Shown here: piece by piece, positions 38,911 to 53,040 of the stretch
Numbering within the stretch: position 1 is the first letter of the stretch
Layout: each line of letters opens with the position of its first letter
NCBI GenBank assembly: GCA_013239625.1
Contig: MU054187.1
Span: 15,764,941-15,828,940, forward strand
Reading direction: 5' to 3'
Source: Lama guanicoe
Taxonomy: Eukaryota
Length of the DNA stretch: 64,000 nucleotides
Notes under the pieces: generated by a model
What the model saw: only the letters and a program-made list of their open reading frames with translations
What the model was told of the DNA's origin: nothing
The model's database searches: none
Position numbers and translations under genes: made by a program

Positions 38911-39876
38911 AGAGGTGAACAGTAGATAAAACAATCACTTAAAAATTAGGAAGTCTTTTTGATTAAGATTTAAAATCTAAATTAAAATGCTCAACTAGAT
39001 CTCTTTTCAGTTCTCAAATCTTCTGTAATATTTTTCTGGCATTTTCTGCATGAAGTTAAAATTATAAGAAAATTGTACACCTCCTAACTCTATTAAGATG
39101 AAGAATGAAAGAAAGGGGATTCGTTTTTTTGTAATTATTTTTCCTTCAATTAAAAAATTACATATTTCAAATTATTATTTCTTTTGAGGTATTGTGAATA
39201 CTTATTCACAATAGATTGTGTCTGGAAATAAGTAGCTTTTGCTCTTTCCCTTTCAATGTCAGTGCGTTTTCTGAAAGACTTCTGTGTGATGGTGCGATGT
39301 TTAAATTACAGATAGCTTTGGGGTTCTGAACCTGCTGAGATGCGTGCTAAAAATGTGAATGAACCTATCACAACGAACTGGAATGGTGGTCGTTGAATTG
39401 GTTGGCATTTATGTATTTTGTAGACAAACAATTTGACTTTTCGCAGCTCGAATTGAAGCAAATAGCTTTCGTGTTGTCAAGATTGGATGATGTAGGCAGA
39501 GTTTGCATCTTAAGCAAGTCAATTCTTGGGTTCCATTAAAGTCACAACAAAAGTGGCATTAAAAAATAAAATTTGCCATTTCTACTTGCTTTTCCTATGG
39601 AATTTTGTAGCACAGTGAACCAAGCTATATCCTCAGTCTATTTTTAGTTGTCATCTCCAAATCTAAAACTAATTTCGTCAGTCCATACAACCACTTCCAG
39701 GCTTTAAAGTTGTCCATCAAAAACTTTATCGCTTGCCTGGACTATGTGTTTAGAGACCCAAGTCTTTTATACCTCAAGGACACACTGAATTTTGCCACAT
39801 TTGCACAGCTATAACTTATGGCAGAAAAATCCAGCCCACTGTGGCTTGGCACTCTTTTAAATTTAAAGCACTTTTA

Positions 39877-39990
39877 GGAGGAGGGTATAGCTCAGTCATA
39901 CAGTACATACTTAGCATGCATGATTTCGTTTTAAAAATTAATAAATAAACCTAAATTACCTCCCTCCCCCCAAAAAATTTTAAAAAGATG
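39877..39990 (+). mobile_element. Internally deleted tRNA-derived camelid-type SINE
   Basis: 'ggagggtatagctcagt...cttagcatgcatga' head with Pol III A-box, and tail 'aataaataaacctaaattacctccc'. The B-box segment is missing. Confidence 0.7.
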
Positions 39991-40809
39991 AATTTTTTTT
40001 TCCCTTTATAGCTCTTCATTGCCAAACACAGACTGGTACCACATACAGCTGTACTTTTATCTAGAGCTCCATTAAATTTAAATAGATAAATATGAAAAGA
40101 CACGGCCCCATCTTTGATCAGCTTATGTTATAATAGAGAAGTTAAGAAGTACACCCCCCAAAACTATGATACTATGCATGACTTTAGTAAGGGAAGTACA
40201 AATAAACTGCCTTGAGAATTCAGAAAAAATGGATTATTAACATTATTTTTGATACTAATAAATTTATTTTACTTCTAAATATATCATATAAGCTATACTA
40301 TGTTATCTTAGTTATATTATATATTATACAATATACAGTATAGTAGGATATTATATTAGCTAGACTGAAAATTCTTCAAGGGCAGAGACCAGGAATTTGC
40401 CTCTTGTCAGGGACAAAGTATTCCTCCTTGCCCACAGTAAGATTTCAGTACCTGCTATTGAGTATTGAAGTAATGGTAACATTCCAGTGTGAGACAGTTC
40501 AAAATGGCATGACTCCTCTTGATCAAATGTTCTGAGAAAGGAACTGTTTCTGAGAGTGGAGATCATAAAAATAAAAAACAGAAGTGTGCAGGATGGAACC
40601 CTGCCTCTCCATATCCAATGCCCTCGAAACAATGGGTAATCCCAGAATACCTCACAACTATGAGGATTTCTTCATTTCCTTGACAACTGCTACCTTTTGT
40701 CACCGATTCCCAAGACACAGAAGAATAGGAAGAGGTCCCACTGAAGCCACTGGACCTCCTATACATGCCCCAGTAAAATCCTAAGAGTACTGAGTAGCCA
40801 ACGTCATCT

Positions 40810-40847
40810 TCAATGACTTTGCCCCACGTCAATGACTTTGCCCCACG
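40810..40847. repeat. Perfect 19-bp tandem duplication
   Basis: tcaatgactttgccccacg x2. Confidence 0.95.
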
Positions 40848-40899
40848 TTATTTTTGCTCCGTATCTGACGACTAACTCTATGTTGCCCTAACTTGAAAC

Positions 40900-41830
40900 C
40901 ACTCTACTCCTGAAATCAGACTCCACATGTCCCACTTTCTAACCTTCTTGCTTGTATTCCCACCACACTGGATTTTAGATCATATGGGAGAGCCTTTTCT
41001 AACCAGTGGATTGTGGATTGGCTGCAACAGCTAAGATTTATTGAATATTTTATACTTACAGGGCTCGATGCATAGCATTAGCTCATGGCTTTTGCCTCAC
41101 ACTAAACTGGAACATTCCCAATTCTGAATCAATCCAAGTATCTGTCTTTTCCACATCTGCACCCAGCCTGTTGAGCACTGCTGGGGAAATAACACAATAG
41201 TGCAAGTTGTTGTCGCTTGTATTCACGTGGAACACCGCTGAAAAATCAATTTCTTATCCTCCATGGCAACTTTTCAAACATCTTCTATTGTTTTCAAACT
41301 GAGTATTCTTCCTTTGATTCTTAGGGGAAAAAAAATCTGAATTCCTTTCAAGTTTTCAGATAAACTGGAAACTATCAGATAGAACTTCCCTCATCTTTTC
41401 ATCATAAAAACCTATAAAAATGCTGGCCTCCGCATCATCCTTTCACCCTTCTAGAATGGAAAGAGGCTCATTCCTCACCCAGGGCCAGTCCTTCCAGCTA
41501 CCTGCTAGTGCTCAGGGGCTGCTGCTCCTCTCCGGTCACGCCCGCTCTTCCATGATTCTAGCCCCTTCTCGTCCTACTCTTACTGAAGTGCCTCTCACCT
41601 CCCCCACATCCTCATCACACATGACTAAAGTTGTCTTTCTGGATCTGCTTTCGTGCACTCATACAACTTACAGTCAATTGTCTGCATCTTGCCCCTCCTT
41701 CAAAGTCATACTTCTCAAAATATTTTATATACTCATTATCCATTTTTTTCTATAACCTCAGTCTTTGACCTCAAACATTACTACTTTCTCCAAGATTACC
41801 ATTGACCTTACTATATCTAAATTTAATATG
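40900..41830 (+). mobile_element. Degraded L2 internal segment
   Basis: Pyrimidine-rich L2-like text, e.g. 'tctccaagattaccattgacctta'. Confidence 0.45.
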
Positions 41831-43299
41831 CTAATGATTATTATATTACCTCGAAATCATATTTTTATAATATATTAATTCTCAAGAAATAGATGTGAAA
41901 AAGAATGCAATTGTCTAAGACTGATTTCCTGCAAAATAGATCCCTTTGTCACTTCCAATATCTTTGACATTTAAAGTGACTGTTTAATCTATCACATTTT
42001 CCCCAAATGAAAATCTAAGAAATGTACTTACTTGTTTATTTTGTACTAACCTGACTCTACCTGGTAGGGTGTCCTTATCTTAAAAGTGGCAGGAATATGC
42101 CCTTGTAACAAGAATCTTAGAGGTAAGACAGAGTTCAGATAGAATAAGACTGTTTCTTATTTTGGTGGAAATGTTGTAGGCATCTAAGATCCAAAGTTGA
42201 AGATTATGGTAAGAATTCAGATGAGCTCAAGCTAAAGAAATAAAGGGACATCAGTGTGTTGGGAAGAGAAAAAGGAAGGGGGAAAGTGTAAAACTCAGAA
42301 TTTCTGCTTGCTCTTTATTAATCACAGTTCCTTTTAGTGTGTATCTCCTTGGAAAATGGAACCACAACACATTTGGAATATCTTATATAGGATGGCCGAG
42401 AACAGGCTATTTAACTAGTGGCCAAGAACAACCTGATGTTCTGAGCTGCAAATTGAAAGTGAAGGTTACTTTCTTGTAGACTTTATCTTAAAGCAGTAAA
42501 ACGGGTAACTGCAGCTACAACTGAAGGTATTGATTTTGTAATTTCAGCAAATTAAGAACAAGACAGAAAACCTATTAAACCTTTCCACTGATTGCCAAGG
42601 TACTTTTTGGTGATTCTGAGGTTGACATTAAAATTACATACACCTATCTCTTTAAAGTAAAACATATACATTATATAGAAAATGTTAAAAAGCATTTTGG
42701 CAAGTATGTATATTTTCACATTTTAAATGTGAAATTTACAAAGCTTGATTCTATAAATGTCAAACAACTTATCTAATTTTCATAAATTTGCATAAATTGG
42801 AGTTAAAGTTAGATGTACATATATTATGTTTTACTAAATTAAACTTTTCACAGACCAGAAGATTTTTGTGATAAAAACAGAGAAAGAAACGCTGATAGTA
42901 ACATGCCATGTCAGAACATTATGAGTAATGACTTATATAAAAATATATTACAAATAATACTGAAAAAGTAATCAAATTATATTTTTTGTGTACAAGAATA
43001 AAATAAACCTATTTGAGATTTTGTATAATATATCAAACTTTTGAAAATATAATTTTAAGGTTCCTTAAGTGAATATATTGAAATTTACATTAATCCTAAT
43101 GTCAAAGAGGAAACTAGTTTTGAAAAATTTGATAACAGAACTGACAGTCTACAGTTAAAATAAGTTCAGGTCAGAATATCTTTTCTTTTCACACTCATTC
43201 CACACCATATATTATATTTATAAGTAGGTATAGAACATTAGAGAAAATACAATTTAAAAAATATTTGGGGGTGGCTTTTGTCTATGATATCACAACAAA

Positions 43300-43780
43300 A
43301 AGGTTATTCAATCATAAGAAAAATGTAACAAATGGGGGCAGCTCCAGGTTTAGTTAAATTCAGTGATTCAGTCACATATGGTTCTTTTTTTTTTTTAAAT
43401 TTGTTGTTCTTTATCTTTTCACTCTGCCCTCTAAAGTGTAGCAGTTCTTTTTATTTTTAATGATTGCAAGATGCTGCTGATGTTCATACAGGCACAAAAT
43501 GCTCATCCCAAGAAAAGGACCATCTTTTCCTTTGCATCTCTTTTTAAGAGCAAGTGAACTGTCACCTGAAACCCTCTGGATCTTCTCATCAAATTACTTT
43601 TACTTCACTGATCTCTGGTAAAATGAATGGGACATCATTAGCTTAAAATCTCAATCATGAAATTAACACAAGTTTAGAATGAAAATATTTCCTGGAGGTA
43701 CATGGCTATGTGTGGGGCAGATTCCTGAAGCAAACCAGGGAGAGGAAGAAGGGAGGCTGACGTGGAGTAGTCAGGGTTTT
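43300..43780. mobile_element. Old MaLR (MLT1) LTR remnant
   Basis: 'gattgcaagatgctgctg', 'ttttcactctgccctc', 'tctctttttaagagcaag'. Confidence 0.5.
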
Positions 43781-44121
43781 GGATGAAAAAACAATGAAGC
43801 TTGTTTTTCACTAAATGTAAAATAATGGGGCAGTTATTTATAGTTGCAGTAGTGCAATCGAGATTTTAACATTCATAAACTAAAAGCTGAGAGAAAAGTT
43901 CTCTGAAATATCTAAAGAAATACAGACAAAATTCTATCTATCCTCCAAAAGAGGAATAAAAATAATATGGCACAAAATATTTTTGTGATTATTTGAAAAT
44001 TATTTGAAGCATGAGAAAATTGTATTCCAAATAATTTTAGATTACTTATAATAAAGATCTAAATAAATTACCTGGACATGTGTTTGGCATTTTTAAAAAA
44101 CTCAAACGTTGGCCTTCCTAT

Positions 44122-44785
44122 TTTATAGCCACTATGGAAAACAGTATAGAATTTTCTCAAAAAATTAAAAATTGAACTATCATCTGATCCAGCAATTCCA
44201 CTTCTGGAGATATATCCAAAGAAAATGAGAACACTAATTTGAAAAGATAAATGCACCTCAATGTTCATAGCAACATTATTTACAGTAGCTAAAATATGGA
44301 GGCAACCTAAGTGTCTATCAAAAGATGAATGGATAAAAACAATATGAGATTATAATATACAATATTATTAGGCTTTAGAAATTTTGCCACTTGCAACAAC
44401 ATGCATGCACCAGGAGGATATTATGCTTAGTGAAATAAAGAAAGACAAATACTGTATACTTTCACTTATATGTGGAATCTAAAAAAATAAAACAAAATAA
44501 CAAAAATAACAAAACAGAAACAGATTCACAGATGCAGAGAACAAACTAGTGGTTACCAGTGGAGAGAGAGGTTGGGGCAGGAGCAAGATAGGGGAAGAGG
44601 ATTGAGCGATACAAACTACTAGGTATAAAATAAATAAGATACAACAGTGTAATGTAGAGCAGAAGGAATCTAGCCGATTTAAAAAATAACTTTATGTAGA
44701 ATATAACTATAGAACTATCAAATTGTTATGTTGTACACTTGGAACTCACTTAATACTTCAAGTAATCTTACTTCAATAAAAATAT
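44122..44785 (+). mobile_element. L1 3' segment (ORF2 C-terminus and 3' UTR)
   Basis: 'gccactatggaaaacagtat...gatccagcaattccacttctgg', ending 'cttcaataaaaa'. Confidence 0.92.
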
Positions 44786-45659
44786 TAAATAGAATTGCTT
44801 TTAATGATGGATTTTTGTGAAATAGTTTGAACCTACCAAATGGGTTTTCTATGATTATCAGTTGATAAATTCAACCTGAAAATAGCTTCCATATCTGACT
44901 GACCAAGACATTTTGTTAAATATTCTTGAGGAGACTATGATAAAAAGTAGGTAGTTAATTCTTATAGATTCTTTTGCTTAAAGGTAGTATCACATCTGAT
45001 CCACTCAAGTTAAGTCTTAATCAGATAAATTATCATAACACACAGTATATTCTAAAGAAAGCGTATCAAATAACACCTTCTGCAAACATGGAAAAGAGAA
45101 GAAAAATTAAAATGTCTTAATAAAATGCATCTGGAACATTTATCTCAAAAGATTTCTCTTAATCAGGAGATATACATACAGCCTGAATGGCACATGTTCA
45201 GCAGGTTATTTAATTTGAGGAAATGTTTTTGAAGCATTCAGACAGGACTGAATTTATTTTGACACTAGAAAGTGCACAAGAAGTCTCCATTTTCTAGAAA
45301 ACAATGTGAGAAACTAAATCATAGGCTGATAGAAGATATTTTGACAGCTTCACTAACCAGCATTTTATCCCTATTACTAAACATAAGATTTTGAAGGCAA
45401 TTCGGAATGTAAATTGATATCATTGACCCAAAAGAGAAAAAGCACTCAATTAAAGCCCTGAGCCTTGGTCTATGTCACATCATTGCTAGTCTGTACAAGA
45501 AATTTGTGTCAGTCATGTGTTTCCAAATTTTTCACATCATATAGATGTTACATAAAACTCACACTGGATAAAATCAGGAAAGAAAAGAGAAAAACTAGAA
45601 ATCAAACTCTTTTTTTAATGTGCCGCTATGATCCGCTTGACAGCATGGGGACTTGCAGA

Positions 45660-46135
45660 GCCTTGGCTGACTCTCGTCTCACTGTGGTTCAGTAGGTCTT
45701 CAGAGCCATTGTTTGATTATTTCCAGAGTTCCTGAGTGTACAATTGGTATAGACATGACTGGCAGCCGATACGATCTCCACAATGGTCCCCTGACTCATG
45801 GAGAAAGGGTGGTTACAGTAGGAAGAACGAAGGTGGAGTCTCTTGCCGTGCCACCTCCATCTCCACCCCCATTAGTCTTCCTCTCCTCCTACATCACCCA
45901 ATACTATGTTAAGAGTAGACTTATTGCAGTACCACCACCACAAATCAAAAACACCAAAGGTGATGCTATCTACCACATACCCACTTAACACTCCTTTTGG
46001 CCAGTGCAAAAACTAGGTGGGCCTTGGGACTATTGCAGATTACCGTAAATCTGAAGAAGGTAGTGATTTCCCTTGCAATCGCTGTTTCAGATGATGAAAG
46101 AAGGGCTCTCTCAGATGTGGGGCCAGAGATAGGGC
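45660..46135 (+). mobile_element. ERVL internal fragment (protease/RT junction), degenerate
   Basis: Translation IISRVPECTIGIDMTGSRYDLHNGPLTHGERVVTVGRTK resembles ERV-L VISPVPECIIGIDIL...GSLT.GVRAIMVGKAKW. Downstream 'tggccagtgcaaaaa' (WPVQK), 'gattaccgtaaa' (DYRK) and 'gctgtttcagat' follow. Confidence 0.8.
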
Positions 46136-47805
46136 ACTGGTTGCCTGGCCTGGAGTCAATAATGCATTGGGCCTGCCAGGCGTTCTCCAGGGTGAGGTGC
46201 TGTTCCGTTTGACCATTTCTCCCCAAATGCACCTTTTAGGTCCAAGCCTGAGAAAGAAATATGGGAATGCATTCACAAGGAGAGCCGACTTACATCCTAC
46301 CTGAATTTCTGTATTTATGTTAATAATAACTTTACAGTCTTCTCCAAGAATAATTCTTGGTTATTGATTTACCTTTTCTTTAATGGCTTGAGAACTCCTT
46401 CCAGTGGTTTTCCTCAACTGAAAAATGTCTGTTACATGAGGGAGTAGTTTCTTTACCAGCAACTTCTGAATGACAAGTCTTTAGTTTAAAATAGACTGTT
46501 GTCATCACCTAGTTCCTCCTCCTGCTTTTTAAGCACAGAATTATATAGCACGTGCTAAGACAGACCATGATGTTCAAACATGGACATGTTATGTTGTTAT
46601 ATTCAGGGTAGTGGCTTCATAGCAGTATATCAATTTATCATAGACTAACTACTGTGCTATTATTAGATATTTAATTTGTTTTTGATAATTTTACTACTAT
46701 AAAAATCTACTATAAAAAGCATATTTGCATCTGCTTCTTTATATACAGTAATAAGGAGCATCTTAGAATAAAAATCTCAAAGTAAACTACTAGCTAAGGG
46801 AATATATAACATTTTTAAATGCCTGCATTCAATATAAATTAATATCAATAAACTATATTTATACGATATTAAAATAGTGATTCAGTGATATAACTTGTCT
46901 AGTTATTCAATTCTTTTGTATCCCTCAGTAATGCCCTGTAATTCTTTTTATGTAAATTTTGTGTATTTCTTGTTATGCTTATTCCGAACTATGACATATT
47001 TTTGTTGCTATTCTGAATGGATTTTCTGTTTTATTATATTCAAATTAGTTATTACTGGCATAAAAAAGCTATTGATTTTTACATACTTATTTGAAAATAG
47101 ACACTTTTTTGAACAGTCTTACTGGCATATTCAAATATTTTTACTAGAATAAAATACTTTTATTTCAGTAGGTTATGCAAATTGGATTCTGAATCTCAGA
47201 GGCTTTTACTTTTCCACTGTAGATATTCTTATCTCCATATACTTTTTTTAAAAAATAAAAGATATAAAAATAATAAAAAAAACTTGTATAGGTGTAAAAT
47301 TCTTGGGTCACGCTATTTTCCTTAGACTTTGGTTAATCACATTTTGATCAGATATTATTCTCAAGTCCACTGTTGAAAGGTAACAATTTTCACAGTTCTC
47401 TATACAATTTCCTGATTTGAATAGACTTCATTTAGCACCCCTTAACCCTCTTGTGATAACTTTTTCTCCTGTCCCAACCATCTGATGATTTAATTGCTGT
47501 AACTTCTGAAGTTTTTAGTAAACTTGGATCTCAGTAACCCCACTTCCAGGGATTTTTCTGTCTATGAAATCTGTTCTAGGGAGACATACATGCCATCCCT
47601 ATTGCCACCTGTTAAACACGCTCGGTGCTCTTCAGGAAAATGTTTTTCCTAGGTGTTGAAAGAAGACAACCAGAACTTTTGGAAACTTAGCCTGGTTGCT
47701 TCAGAGATTTGTACCTGTGATATTAAGGTCCAGTTTCTGTTACAGACAGAGTACTGGGGATATGGGACTTGGACAGAGGGGAAAGTGAAGATAACCTTTC
47801 AATGC

Positions 47806-48371
47806 TGTAACCTAAACCATTTTGTGGATGTTCCATGAGGCAAAACTGAAATCATGCTCCACATTCACTAGGTTAAAATAAGAGATGATGAACTAAGACT
47901 CTGAGCTTATCTTGTGGAACAACAGGAAAACTGCAGATAAGGAAACAGCTTTCTGACAGCCACGCCTTTGACTGAACATCAACAAATACGTCGAGGGACT
48001 CAAATGTCTATCAGTGAACTGTGGATGGTATAGGCTGAAAATCCACCCCAAGTCACACATGGAACTTGTGAATTTGCACATGTGACCCACAAAGAGACAT
48101 AAAAGACAGCTGCACCTGCACAGAAGACTCTTGAAATTCCTTTACCCTTTACCAGTCATTTCTTAGCCTCAATACCCTCCTATTGCTAACTCCCATGCTA
48201 AACACCCCATTCAAAAGCCAACTGGGAGACAGAATGAGCCTGCCTCCTGTCTCCTTGCTTGGCCGCACTGCAATAAAGCCTTTCCTCTCTGCAGAGGGCT
48301 TTTGCCTCGGTATTTGGTCTTTCCGATACACAGAGGGCAGCAGTTTGCTCAATTACATTTGCTCGATTACA
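47806..48371 (+). mobile_element. ERV solo LTR (ERV1-like)
   Basis: TGTAA...TTACA termini, internal AATAAA ('gcaataaagcctttcctctctgc'), and flanking AATGC/AATTC as a near target-site duplication. Confidence 0.75.
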
Positions 48372-50356
48372 AATTCTTAATAGATTCTCAGCCTCAAATG
48401 AAGAAATCTCCATTTTACTCTGAGGCAGATGAAAATTTCCAATAGTCTGGTGTAAATCTGACAGTGAGATTTCTTCTTTTAGAGTCTACTTTTATGAATT
48501 TTAGTGAAAAGTGGAGGAAACAATATTAGAAATTGCTAGACAAATGTCATTTTAGAATGGATGTACTTGCTATTAAAGTTTAAAACATACTTGTTTTACT
48601 AGAAAAAGATGTTCTTCTTATTTAGAATTTTCCTTTAGTAGATATTTGCAAAATTATATATTTTTTCTAAAAAAAGATGCTGAAATGTTTTAAATGTCAA
48701 ATTTATTAGTAGAATAAAAATGTTATGATTATTACAGATATGCCCTGAAAATAACAATGTAAAATCTGACAGTTTCTCAAAATTATTTCAAATTTATTAA
48801 CCTTAATAATAACTATTTCTAAAATTTCTCTTAATTCTTTAGAGACTCAATATTAGAAACATTGCATTTTCAGACTTTCTCTTCTTTTTTACTTTTATTT
48901 TCTTTGTATGTTTCCTTAACTGCTCAAATGATCTCTGTGTCTGTTCACTAGGTACATAAGATGTAATTATTAGGTGTCAGTTTGCATTGTAGTGACTTTT
49001 TAATTTGCTTTATGTTTTTGCTTTGATTTTATTTGCTAATCCATCTTCATTCTTTTAAATTATACCCCTCCCTGGGTAGTTTTTAGGTAAGTTAGGTGGC
49101 TTTACTGTTAGAGAAAAAAAATCACTTTTAAATATTTCTTTGTGGAACTCTCAGCCTCTGATATTGGTTTACATTTCTGCACCCCATAAAAATTGTTATA
49201 TTGTTGTTTTCCCTTTGTTTATAATACCTGGATAAAGATTAGAATTAGAATTTTTAACCTGATAGCACAGATGACAGGAGCTGAATAAAAAGGTAAATTA
49301 CAAAAACAAGTTACACAGAGATGTGTTGGTATCTGCTACTTAAATTTATTCTAATGCATCAGACATCTATGTGTAAAAATTAAAGGACAGAAAATTGAAC
49401 AGATTTTACAGAACAGACGATAGTTTTACAAGTTAGAGAATATTTTGCTCTATACTTTTCTGAGTGGAATGAAATTCTGTGAATCATTAAGTTCAAATTA
49501 AATTGAGGAAAAAAAAACAGTTATTTCGGGGATTTATTTCCCATTAAACATATACAGTCTTCCCATTTCCTTGCATTTCGTATTTGAAAGAAGTTGTTTT
49601 GGTTGCCACTTTTTTTTTTTTCTTTTTACCTAGTTCTACTTTTTGTCATGGCTTAAAACATTATATTTCAAAGACAATACTGAAAGTTCTCTAGGGATTT
49701 GTGTTGCTTTATTGGGTAATCTTTGATCAGATTGTAATGGAAAACCCCTGCAGGTGATATAAAATGTGTACATATATTTGAATACATAAAATATGTATTT
49801 TTTTTAATTTCATCCATCTTTGACATTTCTAAATATGGACTCATTTAGCATGTTGGCCCCAAAATGATGGGATTTTCTTGGGGATATATTTCAAAGAGTG
49901 ACAATTTTAAAAATTGATGATGAAAATAATTGGATTTATAAATTCTGTGAAAACCAGAGAGCATGTCTCAACAATAATTGTAAAAACTGCTACTGGAGTA
50001 TATAGAAACCCAACCTGAAGATCTATAGTATCCTTGTTCCATTAAATATGTTTTAAATTTTGTTAACCATCATGATGTTCACAAGCTTAGATGGCTTAAA
50101 AGTTGAACACTAATACAGTCATTTATTTAAACTGAGAGATGATTTGTATATAAAAGAAATACGTGATGTTCTCTCTATTGACATAAGTCCGAAGAGCCGA
50201 GATTTTATGCATATATTATGTGTTTTTATGTAGGTTCACATTAGGTTTCGAAAGAAAAGCAAGAATACTAAAAATTAGGGCTATCCATTTATTCAAACAT
50301 CACTCATTAAATTATCATTCCCCCCCCCCCCCCCCGGCCCGCAGGCTTTACTCTAT

Positions 50357-50813
50357 NNNNNNNNNNNNNNNNNNNNNNNNNNNNNNNNNNNNNNNNNNNN
50401 NNNNNNNNNNNNNNNNNNNNNNNNNNNNNNNNNNNNNNNNNNNNNNNNNNNNNNNNNNNNNNNNNNNNNNNNNNNNNNNNNNNNNNNNNNNNNNNNNNNN
50501 NNNNNNNNNNNNNNNNNNNNNNNNNNNNNNNNNNNNNNNNNNNNNNNNNNNNNNNNNNNNNNNNNNNNNNNNNNNNNNNNNNNNNNNNNNNNNNNNNNNN
50601 NNNNNNNNNNNNNNNNNNNNNNNNNNNNNNNNNNNNNNNNNNNNNNNNNNNNNNNNNNNNNNNNNNNNNNNNNNNNNNNNNNNNNNNNNNNNNNNNNNNN
50701 NNNNNNNNNNNNNNNNNNNNNNNNNNNNNNNNNNNNNNNNNNNNNNNNNNNNNNNNNNNNNNNNNNNNNNNNNNNNNNNNNNNNNNNNNNNNNNNNNNNN
50801 NNNNNNNNNNNNN
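50357..50813. other. Assembly gap (457 N)
   Basis: Run of n, preceded by a C16 tract at 50320-50335. Confidence 1.
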
Positions 50814-51099
50814 CCGAGGCTGTATTTACACTTGGATTGTTAGAGGGGAGAGCAGAGGGACTATCTCTACGATTAGAAACAGTTGCAAATCGTCAGACTA
50901 TGATAAGCAGTCAAAGACAATAAACTGCTTCAAAGTAATTCCCTTCTATTTACTTGTGAAAACAAAAGCTATAGTGAGAGTTTAAAACCCCACTTTCTCA
51001 GAAAAAAAAATAGTCAAAGAAATAAACCACCCCCACCAACAACACAACGCTAATAAAAATACTTGAGATTACATTTCTGGGCTTCTAATTACATGTTCT

Positions 51100-51490
51100 G
51101 TGTTCATTTATGGGATGGTCAATCAGATGTGGCTGCAAGAAAGAACATAGGAGAGGCACCAGAAAACAAAGTTTATTATACTCACAGGTCCTAGAGAACC
51201 AGAGTTAGCACATGCCAGAAGGGGACCACACAGGGTGGGAGAAGTGCCAAGGAATAGGGCTTAATCAAGCAGATCCAGGACCCACGGGCAAATACCTCTG
51301 CTGAAGGTTGTACTGTGGTACACAAGACAAGGCGTGAGAGGATTTCATTGGTGTGTCTGAATGTTACTACATCATGGACAGGAGAGAACAAGAAGAAGAA
51401 CTTGTCATAGGAAGAGGCCATCCTTGTCAGACTGGTGCACCTGATCACCTGGGCAGGGTTTGCAGGGATGGGCAGGCAGCAAGGAGACAA
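51100..51490 (-). mobile_element. LTR-like remnant
   Basis: 'aaagtttattatactcacaggtcctagaga' is typical antisense LTR poly(A)-signal context. Confidence 0.45.
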
Positions 51491-51539
51491 AGTTTCAAAA
51501 GTTTATAGTTCACTATGACACGCCTGAAAATCAGGAAGC

Positions 51540-52130
51540 TGTGTGACCCTACAAATGACATAGTGTGTCCAGGGTTTAACTGTTCACTGGAAAGATTCAC
51601 AGACCTCAGAAAAGTTGTTACAGTTATGAGAATGGTTTATTGCAGTGAAATGATACAGATCAAAATCAGCGAAAGAAAAAGGCATAAGGGCAGAGTCCAG
51701 GAGAGACCAGGCACAAGCTTTCAATTGTCCTCTCCCAGTGGAGTCGTATGAATGGTACTTAATGATTCAAGCAGGGTTGTGTGACAACACTTATGGAATA
51801 TTGCCAACCAGGGAAGTTAATCTGAGCCTTCATGTCCAGGGATTTTTATTGGTGGCTGGCAAGGAGCACCCCTGTGGCTGATCTTAGCTTTTCAGTCTCT
51901 AGTCACTCCAGAGGTCAAACTGATTCTGCATGGCCCAAGGCTCCCACTGTAAATTGCACTGACATCGTAAAACTAGCTGATGTATATCAAGGTCCAGGTT
52001 AACAAGGACACTGTTAGGAGGCAGCATATTCCAAGATCTTAGAAGTTGTCTCCCAGTAACAGGTCAGGGGCCAGACCTTTTTTGGGAATGTGCAGGGCTT
52101 GAACATCCCAGACCTGCTAGTCAACCATTA
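51540..52130. mobile_element. MER21-like LTR
   Basis: 'gatacagatcaaaatcagc...cagagtccaggagagaccaggcacaagctt...tcctctcccagtggagtc'. Confidence 0.85.
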
Positions 52131-52134
52131 ATTC

Positions 52135-52555
52135 TGGCTTTACTGAGGTATAATTGATATATAAAAACTTGCATATATTTAATATAAACACCATGATGAG
52201 TTTGAATGTATGCATATACTCCAATACCATTACCACAACCAAACAACCACAGTACTGAACATGCATCACCTCCAGAACCTTCCTTGTGTTTTTTTATGTT
52301 TTACTTTTTCATTTGATAAGGACATTTAACATAAAATCCATCTTCTCAACATATTTTAACGTGCACAATACCATTTTGTTACCTTTGTTGTACAACAGGT
52401 CTCTAGAACTTATTCATCTTGCATAACAGAAACTTTACGCCCATTGAAAAACAATTCCACATTTTACCCATCCCCAGCCCCTGAAAAGAGAATAGAAACA
52501 CCATTCTATTCTCTGCTTCTATGGATTTGACCATTTTAGTTGCCTCATATAGACA
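52135..52555 (-). mobile_element. L1 (L1MA/MB-type) 3' end
   Basis: 'tactgaggtataattga...tctctagaacttattcatcttgcataac...ccattctattctctgcttctatg'. Confidence 0.85.
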
Positions 52556-53040
52556 GAAATACATGTGTAATAGAATATTATTCAGCCATTAAAAAAATCC
52601 TTGCCCTTTGTGACAACATGGATGGATCTAAAGAGTATTATTGTGAAGTGAAATAGGTCAGGTGGAGAAAGACAAATATCATATGATTTCATTTATATGT
52701 GAAACCTAAAAAACAAAACAAACAAATAAAACAAAAACAGACTCTGAGATACAAAGAATAAATACGTGGTTGTCCAAGGTGAGGGGGCGTCCAAAACAGA
52801 TGAAGAGGATTAAGAGGCATGAAGCTCCAGCTGTAAAATAAATAAGCCATGTGGATGGAATATACAACATAAGGAATGTGGTCAATAATATTGTAATATC
52901 TTTGTAGGGGGATGAATGGTTTCTAGACTTACCATAGTAGTCATTTCATAATGTGTGCAAATGTCAATCACTAGATAGTGCACCTGAAATTAACATAATA
53001 TTGTACAACAACTACATTTCAATTAAAAAAATAAAGAAGA
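52556..53040 (+). mobile_element. L1 3' UTR with A-rich tail
   Basis: 'gaatattattcagccattaaaaa...gacaacatggatggatcta...ttcaattaaaaaaa'. Confidence 0.88.

Noticed and set aside
39877..39925. tRNA gene
   Set aside because: Only an A-box-like head. No B-box or cloverleaf, and a SINE-type tail follows.
50220..50843. 207-aa ORF
   Set aside because: Artefact of translating through the N gap.
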